Shown: in pieces, positions 40,652 through 56,339 of the stretch
How the letters are laid out: each line of letters begins with the position of its first letter
Numbering within the stretch: position 1 is the stretch's first letter
DNA from: Octopus vulgaris
Lineage: Eukaryota
DNA length: 64,000 nucleotides
Assembly (NCBI GenBank): GCA_951406725.2
Contig: OX597826.1
Coordinates: 46,438,001-46,502,000, forward strand
Reading direction: 5' to 3'
Notes under the pieces: model-generated
Told to the model about the DNA's origin: nothing
Databases searched by the model: none
Seen by the model: only the letters and a program-made list of their open reading frames with translations
Made by a program: the position numbers and the translations under genes

Positions 40652-41213
40652 AAAATCCAATATTTAGAGTTAAAGCTATCGCGCTGTGTTTGTATTCTTT
40701 AATTCTATTATCCATTTATTCTTTTAAGGCAGTGAGCTGGCAGAATCGTTAGCGGTATTTTGTTAGTCTTTATGTTCTGAGTTCAATTTCCGCCGACTTC
40801 ATCTCTTTCATGGTCGACGAAATAAGTATCAGTTGACTGGGGTCAATGTAATCGACTAGACCCCTCCCACAAAATGTCTGGCCTTGTACCCATAGTACAG
40901 TGGTTCTCAACCGGTATTCGTATGGTCCTTGGGGGCGGGGGTCCATATAAAATTCTGTTGTTAAAATTTGTGTGCAATACATTGCTTGTATTTCTACAAT
41001 ACACAATAATTTAAAAAATTTTTATACAATTTCTAACAATATTCACTTATAGGCGCAAGAGTGGCTGTGTGGTAAGTAGCTTGCTTATCAACCACATGGT
41101 TCCGGGTTCAGTCCCACTGCGTGGCACCTAGGGCAAGTGTCTTCTACTATAGCCTCGGACCGACCAAAGCCTTATGAGTGGATTTGGTAGACGGAAACTG
41201 AAAGGAGCCCGTC

Positions 41214-41283
<70 letters not shown>

Positions 41284-43810
41284 GTATGTGGTTGTGTGTC
41301 TGTGTTTGTCCCCCCAACATCGCTTGACAACCGATGCTGGTGCGTTTACGCCCCCGTAACCTAGTGGTTAGGCAAAAGAGACCGATAGAATAAGTTCTAG
41401 GCTTACAAAGAATAAGTCCTGTAGTCGATTTGCTCGACTGTAAAGGAGGTGCTCCAGCATGGCCGCAGTCAAATGACTGAAACAAGTAAAAGAGTAAAAG
41501 CGTTATAAAAATACAGTGGGATCCTTTTTTATATACATCGAATGGTTATGGAGGTCCAGTAGATAGAACGGGTATCAAAGGGACCCATAGGTAAAGAAAT
41601 GGTTGAGAAGTACTGCTATAGTACTTAGGATTATTCTTTTACTTGTTTCAGTCGCTGATCTGCAGTCCTGCCTGAGCACCACCGATTCCAGTACTTATTT
41701 CAATTCCAGTACTTAATCTATAGATCGCTTTTTCGCCGAACCACTTGATGGCGGAGACATAAACAAACCAACACCGGTGGTCAACAGTACACATGCTCGC
41801 GCACATATAATCATCTAAGAATCCATATATTAGAAAAACAAAGCAATCGATTTTACACAAGAGAGTTTCCAATCAGCCCTTCCGACGAGCGCCGGGATTG
41901 GTAAAAATCGGAGGAAATCGATAATACTGTATTTTATAGATATTGGTTTCAAATTTTGGCACAAGACCCGCAATTTCAGGGGAGGAGTAAGTCGATTATA
42001 TCGACCCCAGTACTCAGCTGATACTTATTTTATCGATACCGAAAGGATGAACGACAAAATCGACCGCGGCGGAATTTGAACTCAGAACGTTAAGACGGAC
42101 GAAACGCCGGTAAGCATTTTGCCCGGCGTGCTAACGATTCTGCCAGCTCGCCGCCTTGCATTGTATAAACATTGATATCACTGTATCGACCAGACTATTG
42201 GATGTTGCTATACCCCGCTGGTCACAATGCGATTCCTCATGTAACAAGGGCTTTCTTTAATGTTTGAGCATAATCCATTGGCTACATTAATAGGAAAATG
42301 TGTTCATGCGATACAATTAATGGAAAATAGTGAGATGAAACAGTATATGATATGCAAGGAAAATATCTATTCGAAATTTAACACTTGAGCTGGTATTTAC
42401 ATATCAGTAAATATTTAGGTGTCGTGACATATCTTCTCCGATCGACCACAATTGAATACGTAACCGTGAGAAAAACTATGTGGAGTGTGTAATTCTAACT
42501 TGTCTCAAGGTACTCTGAATTTTTAAGGCGGCGAGCTGGCAGAAACATTAGCACGCCGGGCGAAATGCGTAGCCGTATTTCGTCTGCCGTTATGTTCTGA
42601 GTTCAAATTCCACCGAGGTCGACTTTGCCTTTCATCCTTTCGGAGTCGATAAATTAAGTACCAGTTATGCACTGGAATCGATATAATCGACTTAATCCGT
42701 TTGTCTGTCCTTGTTTGTCCTCTCTGTGTTTAGCCCCTTTGTGGGTAGTAAAGAAATAGAATAAGTATTTCGGCTGCCGTTACGTTGTGAGTTCAAATTC
42801 CGCCGAGGTCGACTTTGCCTTTCGGGGTCGATTAAATAAGTACCAGTTGCACACTGGGATCGATATAATCGACTTAATCCGTTTTTCTGTCCTTGTTTGT
42901 CTCCTCTATGTTTAGCCCCTTGTGGGTAGTATAGAAATAGGTACTCTGAATTTTTGGTGTTTAATTTGGGTGTATAGGATAGGAGCACTCCGTCGGTTAC
43001 GACGACGAGGGTCCCAGCTGATACGATCAACGGAAGAGCCTGCTCGTGAAATTAACGTGCAAGTGGCTGAGCACTCCACAGACACGTGTACCCTTAACGT
43101 AGTTCCCAGGGAGATTCAGCGTGACACACAGTGTAACAAGGCCGGCCCNNNNNNNNNNNNNNNNNNNNNNNNNNNNNNNNNNNNNNNNNNNNNNNNNNNN
43201 NNNNNNNNNNNNNNNNNNNNNNNNNNNNNNNNNNNNNNNNNNNNNNNNAAAATCCAATATTTAGAGTTAAAGCTATCGCGCTGTGTTTGTATTCTTTAAT
43301 TCTATTATCCATTTATTCTTTTAAGGCAGTGAGCTGGCAGAATCGTTAGCGGTATTTTGTTAGTCTTTATGTTCTGAGTTCAATTTCCGCCGACTTCATC
43401 TCTTTCATGGTCGACGAAATAAGTATCAGTTGACTGGGGTCAATGTAATCGACTAGACCCCTCCCACAAAATGTCTGGCCTTGTACCCATAGTACAGTGG
43501 TTCTCAACCGGTATTCGTATGGTCCTTGGGGGCGGGGGTCCATATAAAATTCTGTTGTTAAAATTTGTGTGCAATACATTGCTTGTATTTCTACAATACA
43601 CAATAATTTAAAAAATTTTTATACAATTTCTAACAATATTCACTTATAGGCGCAAGAGTGGCTGTGTGGTAAGTAGCTTGCTTATCAACCACATGGTTCC
43701 GGGTTCAGTCCCACTGCGTGGCACCTAGGGCAAGTGTCTTCTACTATAGCCTCGGACCGACCAAAGCCTTATGAGTGGATTTGGTAGACGGAAACTGAAA
43801 GGAGCCCGTC

Positions 43811-43884
<74 letters not shown>

Positions 43885-45745
43885 GTGGTTGTGTGTCTGT
43901 GTTTGTCCCCCCAACATCGCTTGACAACCGATGCTGGTGCGTTTACGCCCCCGTAACCTAGTGGTTAGGCAAAAGAGACCGATAGAATAAGTTCTAGGCT
44001 TACAAAGAATAAGTCCTGTAGTCGATTTGCTCGACTGTAAAGGAGGTGCTCCAGCATGGCCGCAGTCAAATGACTGAAACAAGTAAAAGAGTAAAAGCGT
44101 TATAAAAATACAGTGGGATCCTTTTTTATATACATCGAATGGTTATGGAGGTCCAGTAGATAGAACGGGTATCAAAGGGACCCATAGGTAAAGAAATGGT
44201 TGAGAAGTACTGCTATAGTACTTAGGATTATTCTTTTACTTGTTTCAGTCGCTGATCTGCAGTCCTGCCTGAGCACCACCGATTCCAGTACTTATTTCAA
44301 TTCCAGTACTTAATCTATAGATCGCTTTTTCGCCGAACCACTTGATGGCGGAGACATAAACAAACCAACACCGGTGGTCAACAGTACACATGCTCGCGCA
44401 CATATAATCATCTAAGAATCCATATATTAGAAAAACAAAGCAATCGATTTTACACAAGAGAGTTTCCAATCAGCCCTTCCGACGAGCGCCGGGATTGGTA
44501 AAAATCGGAGGAAATCGATAATACTGTATTTTATAGATATTGGTTTCAAATTTTGGCACAAGACCCGCAATTTCAGGGGAGGAGTAAGTCGATTATATCG
44601 ACCCCAGTACTCAGCTGATACTTATTTTATCGATACCGAAAGGATGAACGACAAAATCGACCGCGGCGGAATTTGAACTCAGAACGTTAAGACGGACGAA
44701 ACGCCGGTAAGCATTTTGCCCGGCGTGCTAACGATTCTGCCAGCTCGCCGCCTTGCATTGTATAAACATTGATATCACTGTATCGACCAGACTATTGGAT
44801 GTTGCTATACCCCGCTGGTCACAATGCGATTCCTCATGTAACAAGGGCTTTCTTTAATGTTTGAGCATAATCCATTGGCTACATTAATAGGAAAATGTGT
44901 TCATGCGATACAATTAATGGAAAATAGTGAGATGAAACAGTATATGATATGCAAGGAAAATATCTATTCGAAATTTAACACTTGAGCTGGTATTTACATA
45001 TCAGTAAATATTTAGGTGTCGTGACATATCTTCTCCGATCGACCACAATTGAATACGTAACCGTGAGAAAAACTATGTGGAGTGTGTAATTCTAACTTGT
45101 CTCAAGGTACTCTGAATTTTTAAGGCGGCGAGCTGGCAGAAACATTAGCACGCCGGGCGAAATGCGTAGCCGTATTTCGTCTGCCGTTATGTTCTGAGTT
45201 CAAATTCCACCGAGGTCGACTTTGCCTTTCATCCTTTCGGAGTCGATAAATTAAGTACCAGTTATGCACTGGAATCGATATAATCGACTTAATCCGTTTG
45301 TCTGTCCTTGTTTGTCCTCTCTGTGTTTAGCCCCTTTGTGGGTAGTAAAGAAATAGAATAAGTATTTCGGCTGCCGTTACGTTGTGAGTTCAAATTCCGC
45401 CGAGGTCGACTTTGCCTTTCGGGGTCGATTAAATAAGTACCAGTTGCACACTGGGATCGATATAATCGACTTAATCCGTTTTTCTGTCCTTGTTTGTCTC
45501 CTCTATGTTTAGCCCCTTGTGGGTAGTATAGAAATAGGTACTCTGAATTTTTGGTGTTTAATTTGGGTGTATAGGATGGGAGCACTCCGTCGGTTACGAC
45601 GACGAGGGTCCCAGCTGATACGATCAACGGAAGAGCCTGCTCGTGAAATTAACGTGCAAGTGGCTGAGCACTCCACAGACACGTGTACCCTTAACGTAGT
45701 TCCCAGGGAGATTCAGCGTGACACACAGTGTAACAAGGCCGGCCC
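40652..45745 (+). repeat. 2,497-bp near-identical tandem duplication around a 100-N gap (40652-43148 and 43249-45745)
   Basis: Constant offset of 2597; Ns at 43149-43248; only a microsatellite difference and one A/G change noticed. Confidence 0.95.
40898..41615. mobile_element. hAT-type MITE containing a family A SINE (duplicated at 43495-44212)
   Basis: CAGTGGTTCTCAACC...GGTTGAGAAGTACTG termini; 8-bp flanks CCATAGTA and CTATAGTA. Confidence 0.75.
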
Positions 45746-46645
45746 TTTGAAATACAGGTACAACTCATTTTTGCCAGCTGAGTGGACTGGAGCAACATGA
45801 AATAAAGTGTCTTGCTCAAGGACACAACGCGTCGCCTGGAATCGAACTCACGACCTTATAATCGTGAGCCGAATGCCCTAACCAATAAGCCACGCGCCTT
45901 CACTAATTTGGGTGTATTTATAGGTCCCGCTCGGGGTAAGTTCTAGTCGGATTACCGAACTATCACGTGAACAACAGCCGTTCATTGGATGAAATATCAG
46001 TTGCGCAGTACATGATCAAACTATGTTTGAATTGTAGTAGTTTGAGATTCGTATGTTGCACAGCGCGGGATCGAATCCAATGCTACACTCGCATTGTTTT
46101 AACTCTCGAATGATGCTACCCCACTGGCTAGGTGAGCCGGCCAACATCCCCCTACGTACATACGTGTACATACACACACACATACAGTATATAAGGACTC
46201 ATGCATGTATGTATGTATGTATGTATGTATGTATGTATGTATGTGGAGGCTTTGCTGTATGGTAAGAGGGTGGCTTCCCAGCCACATGGTTTCGGATTTA
46301 GTCCGACTGCGTGACACCTTGAGCAAGTGTCTTCTACTGTAATTCCGGGTCGACCAAAGCCTTATGAGTGGATTTGATAGATGGAAGCTGAAAGAATCCC
46401 ACCGTATATGTGTGTGTGTATTTGTGTCTGTGTTTGTACTCCACCACCGCTTGCCAACCGGTAATGGTGAATTTATGTCCCGTAACTTAGTAGTTCAGTA
46501 AAAAAAATAAAATAGAGAGCATAATTAACATTCTTTTAAAAAAATAATTACTGGAATCGATTCATTCGACTAAAAATTCTTCAAAAAGTGCCCCGCATGG
46601 CCACAGTCTAATGACTAAAACAAATACATACATACATACATACAT

Positions 46646-46722
<77 letters not shown>

Positions 46723-46739
46723 TATACACATATATATAC

Positions 46740-46808
<69 letters not shown>

Positions 46809-47792
46809 TATACATATATATACATACATATATATACATATATATATATAAAACTGTATAGATAGATAGATAGATAGATATATATATATAGATAGATAGA
46901 CAGATGCAAACTGATTTGACTGCTGTCTATAACTGTTATTATTTGTATGCTCTTGGAGGGTTGTAATGTAGAATCATGCATGGAATGACCGAGAACCTAC
47001 GAATAAAAGAACTAAACATTGTCGTAGATTTGGTTCAGTGGCATTATTAACAGAAAATATTGATTTCTAACATCATGGCGCATGGTCAAGAAACTTGCTT
47101 TGTAATCACGTGATCCGGCTGTATTGAGTGTTTTACGCAATTGCATATCGGATTATTGCATAGCTCTAGTATGTGTATCAGAAATTATTCGGTTTATTTT
47201 TTTTCCCTTCTTGATTTTGAGTAATATTTAGTGAAATACTTAGCATAAAATCGAATGTTTATTTGATATTGAATAAAGCTATTTTGAAAGCTTCCGTTTT
47301 CGAGATAAATTAAAATGGTAGTAGCTAGTACATCCTGTTTGCAGATAACCCGTGTCGAAACAGTCTAACATAATCAATGATTTTGCAACTATCAACATAC
47401 GAAATCCAGTGTTATTTTTCTCTTACTTATTTTCATTGTGTATTAAAAGTTTTCAATGAATACATATGCATTGGAGATGAAGTTGATCATATCAAAACTA
47501 AATTTTCAACCAAGCGGTAAAGTGGTGTAATCTGCTTGCTTTTCTTTTAAATCGATTGCATTAATCTGTGATTGGCCCAGTAACATATATATTTTTTAAC
47601 TAATATAACTCCATTAGTTGATATTGAATAATTAAACGAGTGTGAAAAGCATTGACGAAGAAATTGATCAGTTTAAGAAAGAGATTTGGCACTGTGAATT
47701 AATTATATATTCTTATTAAATATATTAATATATATGTATGCATGTGTAAGCACACACACATACACTTACAAACACACACACACACACATATA

Positions 47793-48276
<484 letters not shown>

Positions 48277-48475
48277 AATGTAAGATTCAAGGACCGAGGT
48301 GTAGGAAGAAAGTGAACTGTAGAAAATCTGTAGAAAATATTAAAAAAACTACTTTCAGGAACAATAGTGGCTTACTGGATTTTCTCCATATCGAAGTATG
48401 ATAAACTGAACGAAATTATACTTCCAGGGTTGTCAGGTATGCGAATAAAAACCCAGGAGTTAAGGAATGGAATAC

Positions 48476-48745
48476 ACAAAATCCGGGTTGCATATGTTTC
48501 GTAGCGAGTTGAACCTCGAAAGTGGTAAATAGCCAAACGAAGTGAATCCCGCAGGCGACTCTTCAGGCCGAGGGTAATTTCATCAAATGAAGTTTACACT
48601 GTCGCTAGGAGGCCCATGTTAACATACGGAGGATTCGATCCATTTTCCGTGAGTTGGTATGGGCTTCCTAACCTCAATATAAATCAAGATACCCTTGGCC
48701 TGAAGAGTAGCCTGCGGTATGAAACATATTTAGCTTGGATTTTGT
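48476..48745. ncRNA. Divergent inverted pair of degenerate hammerhead-like motifs
   Basis: Minus copy: cggc-CTGAAGA-gtcgc..gctac-GAAAC-ATAT-GCA. Plus copy: tggc-CTGAAGA-gtagcctgcggtat-GAAAC-ATAT-TTA-gct. Their consensus gives the palindromic stem III ACATATGT and a GTA triplet. Confidence 0.5.
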
Positions 48746-48747
48746 CA

Positions 48748-49341
<594 letters not shown>

Positions 49342-50374
49342 GCTTTGAAATATGAATCTAAGGAACAAAACTCACAGACCCATACGCACTTCTTGATGCT
49401 CTCAGTTATGTCGAGATGTGGTGGGTGGACGTTTTTACGGCAAAATATCGTTTTCCTTACGTGAAAATAAAGTGTAAAGTAGATTCGGTGGTGTTGTGGG
49501 CTGTTAATAAAAAATGGCCGAGTCAAAACAGACGTAAACATAACAGATGTAGCCAAAACAGATGCAGATATTCCGTCTAGTTTGATCTACGAAGTGTCTG
49601 GGATTTTATAAAGAAGCAGCTGACTCTGCAGTTGGATACAAAATACCAAAATATCAGAGAAAAGATCAAAAGCTATAACAGTTCCTGCAAAATCTCAAAG
49701 GGAGTCGAAATTACTGTAATCTCAATGCTTAGCACAACTAAGCCATATGCTCTCCTTTTTCTTTTTTTATTGTACTACAAAACACATCTGTTTTGTTACA
49801 CGAATCTTTTAGGGTTAAAAAATTCTAAGGGACTACAGAATAGGTCAAAGTTGAAACGAACATCTGAGAAGCATGACAAATCAAAAATGATATGTGACTG
49901 TAAAAACAGGAATAAAATTGAAGGTTTTTACTTTGGTAAATTTCTTAGGAAATAATCTGGGCAAAAGTGAGGTAAGGGTAGGATAGGTTGAGACTTTAAC
50001 AGGTAGTGTTGAAAGCTATAATTTGTATTTTCTTGAAGAAGTAATATATAATTCATGAGGTGCTTGCTAAACAGTGAGAAATCTAAACCAGGGGTCGGTG
50101 AACGAGGATAAATTACCCAAAGTGGGGTGAAAATGAAATTCTTGGTGGGTAATGAGGACTCATTAGACATACTCTTTACTTGTTTCAGTCATTTGACTGT
50201 GGCCATGCTGGAGCACCGCCTTTAGTCGAGCAAATCGACCCCCAGGACTCATTCTTTGTAAGCCTAGTACTTATTCTATCGGTCTCTTTTGCCGAACCCC
50301 TATGTTACGGGGACGTAACACACCAGCATCGGTTGTCAAGCGATGTTGGGGGGACAAACACAGATGCACAAACG

Positions 50375-50419
<45 letters not shown>

Positions 50420-50420
50420 C

Positions 50421-50543
<123 letters not shown>

Positions 50544-50767
50544 CGGTGAGCTGGCAGAACCGTTAGCACGCCGGGTGAAATGCGTAGCCGTATTTCGTCT
50601 ACCGTTACGTTTTGAGTTCAAATTCCGCCGAAGTCGACTTTGCCTTTCATCCTCTCGGGGTCGATAATTTAAGTACCAGTTACGCACTGGGGTCGATATA
50701 ATCGACTTAATCCGTTTGTCTGTCCTTGTTTGTCCCCTCTGTGGTTAGCCTCTTGTGGGTAGTAAAG

Positions 50768-50823
<56 letters not shown>

Positions 50824-51415
50824 ACGACGGGCTTCTTTGAGTTTCCATCTACCAAATCCACTCACAAGGCTTTGGTCGGCCGAGGCTATAGTAGAAGATA
50901 CTTGCCCAAGGTGCCACGCAGTGTAACTGAACCCGGAACCATGTGGTTAGTACGCAAGCTACCTACCACACAGCCACTTCTATGTCTTTATATAAAAAAC
51001 GTTACGACAGAAAATTTTCTTCTGACAATATTGGATCTGTCCAATGTACTCGATGTGTAAATAGATTCATATGAATAGATTCAATAAACCTCTTGAATTC
51101 AAGGAATCTATGATTTTCTTCCTTTCAAATCAAGGGGGTAACGTCGGGTGTAAATAAATAGCTTTTGGGATATTTGGTTAAAAAAGTTCCCTGATCTCTG
51201 ACCTAAACAATAACATGTCTATTCACTGTCAATGCATTCTGGCAGATTCAAACGTGACTAAGCTTAGCGCTATTGTATTTTGTCACCGAAGTAACTTATA
51301 CTGCTGATCTCTGGAACTCACTACTATCCTTGAATTATCCTCTGGTGTATGGCATTTAAGTACATATATATATATATACATATATATATATACTACACAT
51401 GATATATATATGTAT

Positions 51416-51446
<31 letters not shown>

Positions 51447-52092
51447 GTGTGTAACTATGTGTAGTATATTAATATGTATAGTATAAATATATAGTTTGTG
51501 CAGTACATATAATATGTATAGTATATATATATGTTTAGTATATATAGTATGTGTAGTATATATAATGTGTATAGTAAATATATATATATATGTATATATA
51601 GGATGTGTAGTATATAATATGTATATTATGTATGTATGTATATATATATATATATATATATAATATATTAATAAATAAAACATATGCATATATATATACA
51701 TATATGTACATACCTACCTCTACATGTATATACACACGCATATATGAGTACAGGACACCAAAAAAACGTCGAACACAATGAGAAACGAAAACATAGACAC
51801 AAACCCAAGGAACTGGACATTTTTATAAGCAACAAAAAAAAATAGAGTACAGGACAATTAACACAAAGAAAAAAACCCTTCTTTAGTCGCCATGGTTTCA
51901 TCTACTCTACGTTTCGAAGGTGAAGGCGAGACGTATCTTCGATAAGAAACTTTCCTTCCTGCGAAAAGCAAATCAATTAAAATTTGAGATCTTTTCGCAG
52001 AGGGGTAAAAATGGTAACAAAAACAGGACAGTAACGACAGGACAAAATATAAGCATTAAAAGACAGGACAAGGAAAAACAAGATAAGAAGGG

Positions 52093-52151
<59 letters not shown>

Positions 52152-52495
52152 ATATATAGTATATACAATGATTTATATAAAAAGAAATCAGATTAAATCT
52201 TCATGCACATGTATGTACACACACGTATACAGACATACATAAACACATACATACATTCATACACACATACATAAATATATAAATATATGCATACATGCAT
52301 ACATTCTCTTTTATTTCTTTCATTTGATTGCGGTCGTGCTGGGACACCGCCATGAAAGTCAGACGAATCGATCCTAGTAGTTATTTTTAAAGCCTGGGCT
52401 TATTTTAGCGATGTATTTCGTCAAACCGCAAGGTTACGGAGATGTAAACAAAACAGGTTGTCAAGCGTTGATGGATGGTTAATAGAAAACCTCAT

Positions 52496-52574
<79 letters not shown>

Positions 52575-52611
52575 AATAGATAGATGGATAGATAGGTAAA
52601 TAGATAGGTAA

Positions 52612-52645
<34 letters not shown>

Positions 52646-52828
52646 GGATAGATAGGTAGATAGATAGATAGATAGATAGATAGGCAGGCAGGCAGGCAGA
52701 CAGACAGACAGACAGACAGATATATAGATAGATAAGTAGATAGATAGATACATACATACATTCACACGTATATACATATATACACACACATATATATATA
52801 TACATATATATATAATACATACACACAC

Positions 52829-52893
<65 letters not shown>

Positions 52894-52998
52894 AATGTGT
52901 AGTATGTATGTATGCAAGCATGTATGTCTGTATGTATGCAAGCATACTGAATGAAGCTTGTATACACACATACACATATACATACGCACATGCACGCA

Positions 52999-53031
<33 letters not shown>

Positions 53032-53227
53032 ACACATATATATGGCAAATGAACGACGGAAGATGGAATGCACGAGAATTTATTGTTAATCACGACAATT
53101 GTTTCGACACACTTAGTATTAATTCCTCATGGGTGGGACACTCAACAACTGGTTCAGGAACATCCGGTGGTGCAGATGTATCTTGTCGGGTGATACACGC
53201 ACACATACACACATGCGCGCGCGTGTG

Positions 53228-53259
<32 letters not shown>

Positions 53260-53785
53260 TGGTGAGCTTCTTTCAGCTTCCGTCTACCAAATCCACTCAC
53301 AAGGCATTAGTCGGCCTGAGGCAATAGTAAAAGACATATTCCCACGTGGTTGGGAAGCAAGCATCTGAGCATACAGCAACACCTGCCCCAACACATATAG
53401 GACGGGCTTCCGTACAGTTTCCGTCTAACAAATTCCGTCACAAGCCATTGTTCAGTCCACTGTCTTTATACGTGTCAATATAGGTACTTGCTCTACATAA
53501 CATGTTGAGTACTCCATAATTTATTCATGAAACCACTTACAGGCTGTCATAGCATACAATCACCCATGACGCGGATGTATACAAATACGCGAGCACACGG
53601 GCACACACGTGTATTTATATATGTTTATCGGTAAGAGATGACAGCTCAGTATACAAAAGTGATTTACGTTGTGTTATTTGGTTCAGTACGCGTTACGTTC
53701 GATTTCATATCGAAAGTAAAACTAATATGCTGATCGGTTTTACTGATTATCCCTTACAAGATTGATAACAGTTATAACAATATAA

Positions 53786-54167
53786 TCTCTCTATATATAA
53801 ACGGCAGTTTGTCTGTCTGTGTTTCTGTGTGTCTGTTTGGTTGTACCCTCACTCTGACCACGGCTTTCAACCGATTCTGATGAAACTTGACACACACATA
53901 GCCCAATGTCATAATTCAAAACTAACGCAGCGAAAATTTTGAAAAGTTCCCCCAGTTCTGAAAAAAATCGATAAATTCGACATGGGGTCGAGAATCAGAA
54001 ACACAAACCACAGACTGTCTAGGGGACGCAACTCCACCTTTTTAACTCTCAAAAAATTTACCATCATTCCTTTCCCATTTTTTTGCTATATTTTGGCTAT
54101 AACTATCTAAAAATGCTTTATAGTTATTTCCCTTACAAACCCGAGCAACGCCGGGCGATACTGCTAG
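53786..54167 (+). mobile_element. Non-autonomous Helitron
   Basis: A|TC start, hairpin CCCGAGCAACGCCGGG, CTAG|T end, no TSD; the empty site is visible in a nearby duplicate. Confidence 0.85.
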
Positions 54168-54790
54168 TCTTATTATAACCGCGAGAAGAGAGCCTCAATA
54201 TATACTGTATTTTGTAGCGTACTATTCGATTTAGTATATATTTCTTTACTACCCACAAGGGGCTAAACACAGAGAGGACAAACAAGGACAGACAAACGGA
54301 TGAAGTCGATTATATCGACCCCAGTGCGAAACTGGTGCTTAATTTATCGACCCCGAAAGGATGAAAGGCAAAGTCGACCTCGGCGGAATCTGAACTCAGA
54401 ACGTAACGGCAGACGAAATACCGCCAAGCATTTCGCCCGGTGCGCTAACGTTTCTGCCAGCTCGCCGCCTTTATAACAATATAATCTCGCCGCCAGTTAT
54501 AACAATATAATCTTATTATATCCTTGAGAAGAGAGCCTCAATATATACTGTATTTTGTAGCGTACTATTCGATTTAGTATATGGTGAAAACATACGTAGG
54601 AGTGGCCGTGTGGTAAGTATAGGCGTAGGAGTGGCTGTGTGGTAAGTAGCTTGCTTGCCAACCACATAGTTCCGAGTTCAGTCCCACGGCGTAGCACTTT
54701 GGGCAAGTGTCTTCTATTATAGCCTCGGGCCGACCAAAGCCTTGTGAGTGGATTTGGTAGACGGAAACTGAAAGAAGCCCGTCGTATATT

Positions 54791-54897
<107 letters not shown>

Positions 54898-56339
54898 GCG
54901 AGTGTATATGTTTGAATGTCTATGTTTGTCCCTCCCCCAACATCGCTTGACAACCGATGCTGGTGTGTTTACGTCTCCGTAACTTAGCGGTTCGGCAAAA
55001 GAGACCGATAGAATAAGTACTAGGCTTTAAAAGAATCAGTCCTGGAGTCGATTTGCTCGACTAAAGGCGGTGCTCCAGCATGGCCACAATAAAAATGACT
55101 GAAACAAGTAAAAGTGTAAAAGTGTATTCAAATATCGTCACTCTCCAAATCCTGCGGTATTTCACACAGGATTTTTGGTCCTCCAAAGTCAGCCTACCAT
55201 TTTGATCTGAAAAATTCGACTTAGTATTTCTTTAAGCTAGTATCCATTAGAATGGTGTAGTTGGAGATTCGTATTCCACAACGACGTATTATACTTCAGG
55301 ATGTTTGAAACTACAAGAGAAATTTTGAAGTCATCTACCGATTTGCGGTATGCAGTCAAAGGCCTTTTGTATAATCACTCCATAAGCCTTTTGGTTAAAA
55401 AAATTCGACTTGTGTGCAAGAAGAAACAGTGTATATTGAAAAATAAAAAAAAAAAACGTCGCTCTTTTCAAGCCTAGCCAGGCTCATGGACCCGGTTTCC
55501 CGGTTCTGTGGCGTATATGTAACCCCACCCACCCAGCCGGACGAGACGCCAGTCCATCGCAGCGTTACTCAAGAAACAGGAAGAAAGAGTGAGAGAAAGT
55601 TGGGGCGAAAGAGTACAACAAGGGTCATCACCACCCCCTGCCGGAGCCTCGTGGAGCTTTTAGGTTGTTTTAGCTCAATAAACACATACAACGCCCGGTC
55701 TGGGAATCGAAACCGTGTTACTTCGACTGCGATTCCGCTGCCCTAACCACTGGGCCATTGCACTCCCACATATCGAAAAATAGGATACTTAATGAGACAT
55801 TACTCTCACTCTTCAAATGAAAAGATTCAACCAATGAATAACCTAGTTACATTATAAATTTGTTGTAACATATACAGTAATATTTCTCGTGTATAGCCAT
55901 TAAAAAAAAACAAAAACAAAACAAAACAATTCATAAATACGTTCTTGTTTGCCTATATGATCCCAAACAAAAGCGTGTTTGTGTTATACAGATATCTATG
56001 AAATCAATCTAGAGACGAACAGGCGCTAACAACAATACCGAATCCTTCATTGTGTTATTTACAATGAAACCGAAGTTCCAGAATATACGAAATGTTTTCA
56101 TCGCTCAAGAGAAACGAAATATTCAAGTAGGTCCTTCTTTTTTTTTTATGATATTCTATTCAACTACCAGTCTAACTAGATCAAGGGTGAGGAACCCGTC
56201 AACCGCATTCAGTTTCAAGCCACCCGCTAAAACGAAAATGTTGAAGCTTCGAGAAATATTTAAATAAAGTTTTTATTAACGATTTATATCTCGAAGCGAA
56301 TTCAGCGCTCCGAATAATAGATTATATTGCAGATAAGTG

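Noticed and set aside
41050-41125. tRNA genes at SINE heads
   Set aside because: A and B boxes are present, but there is no full cloverleaf and each continues into a SINE body.
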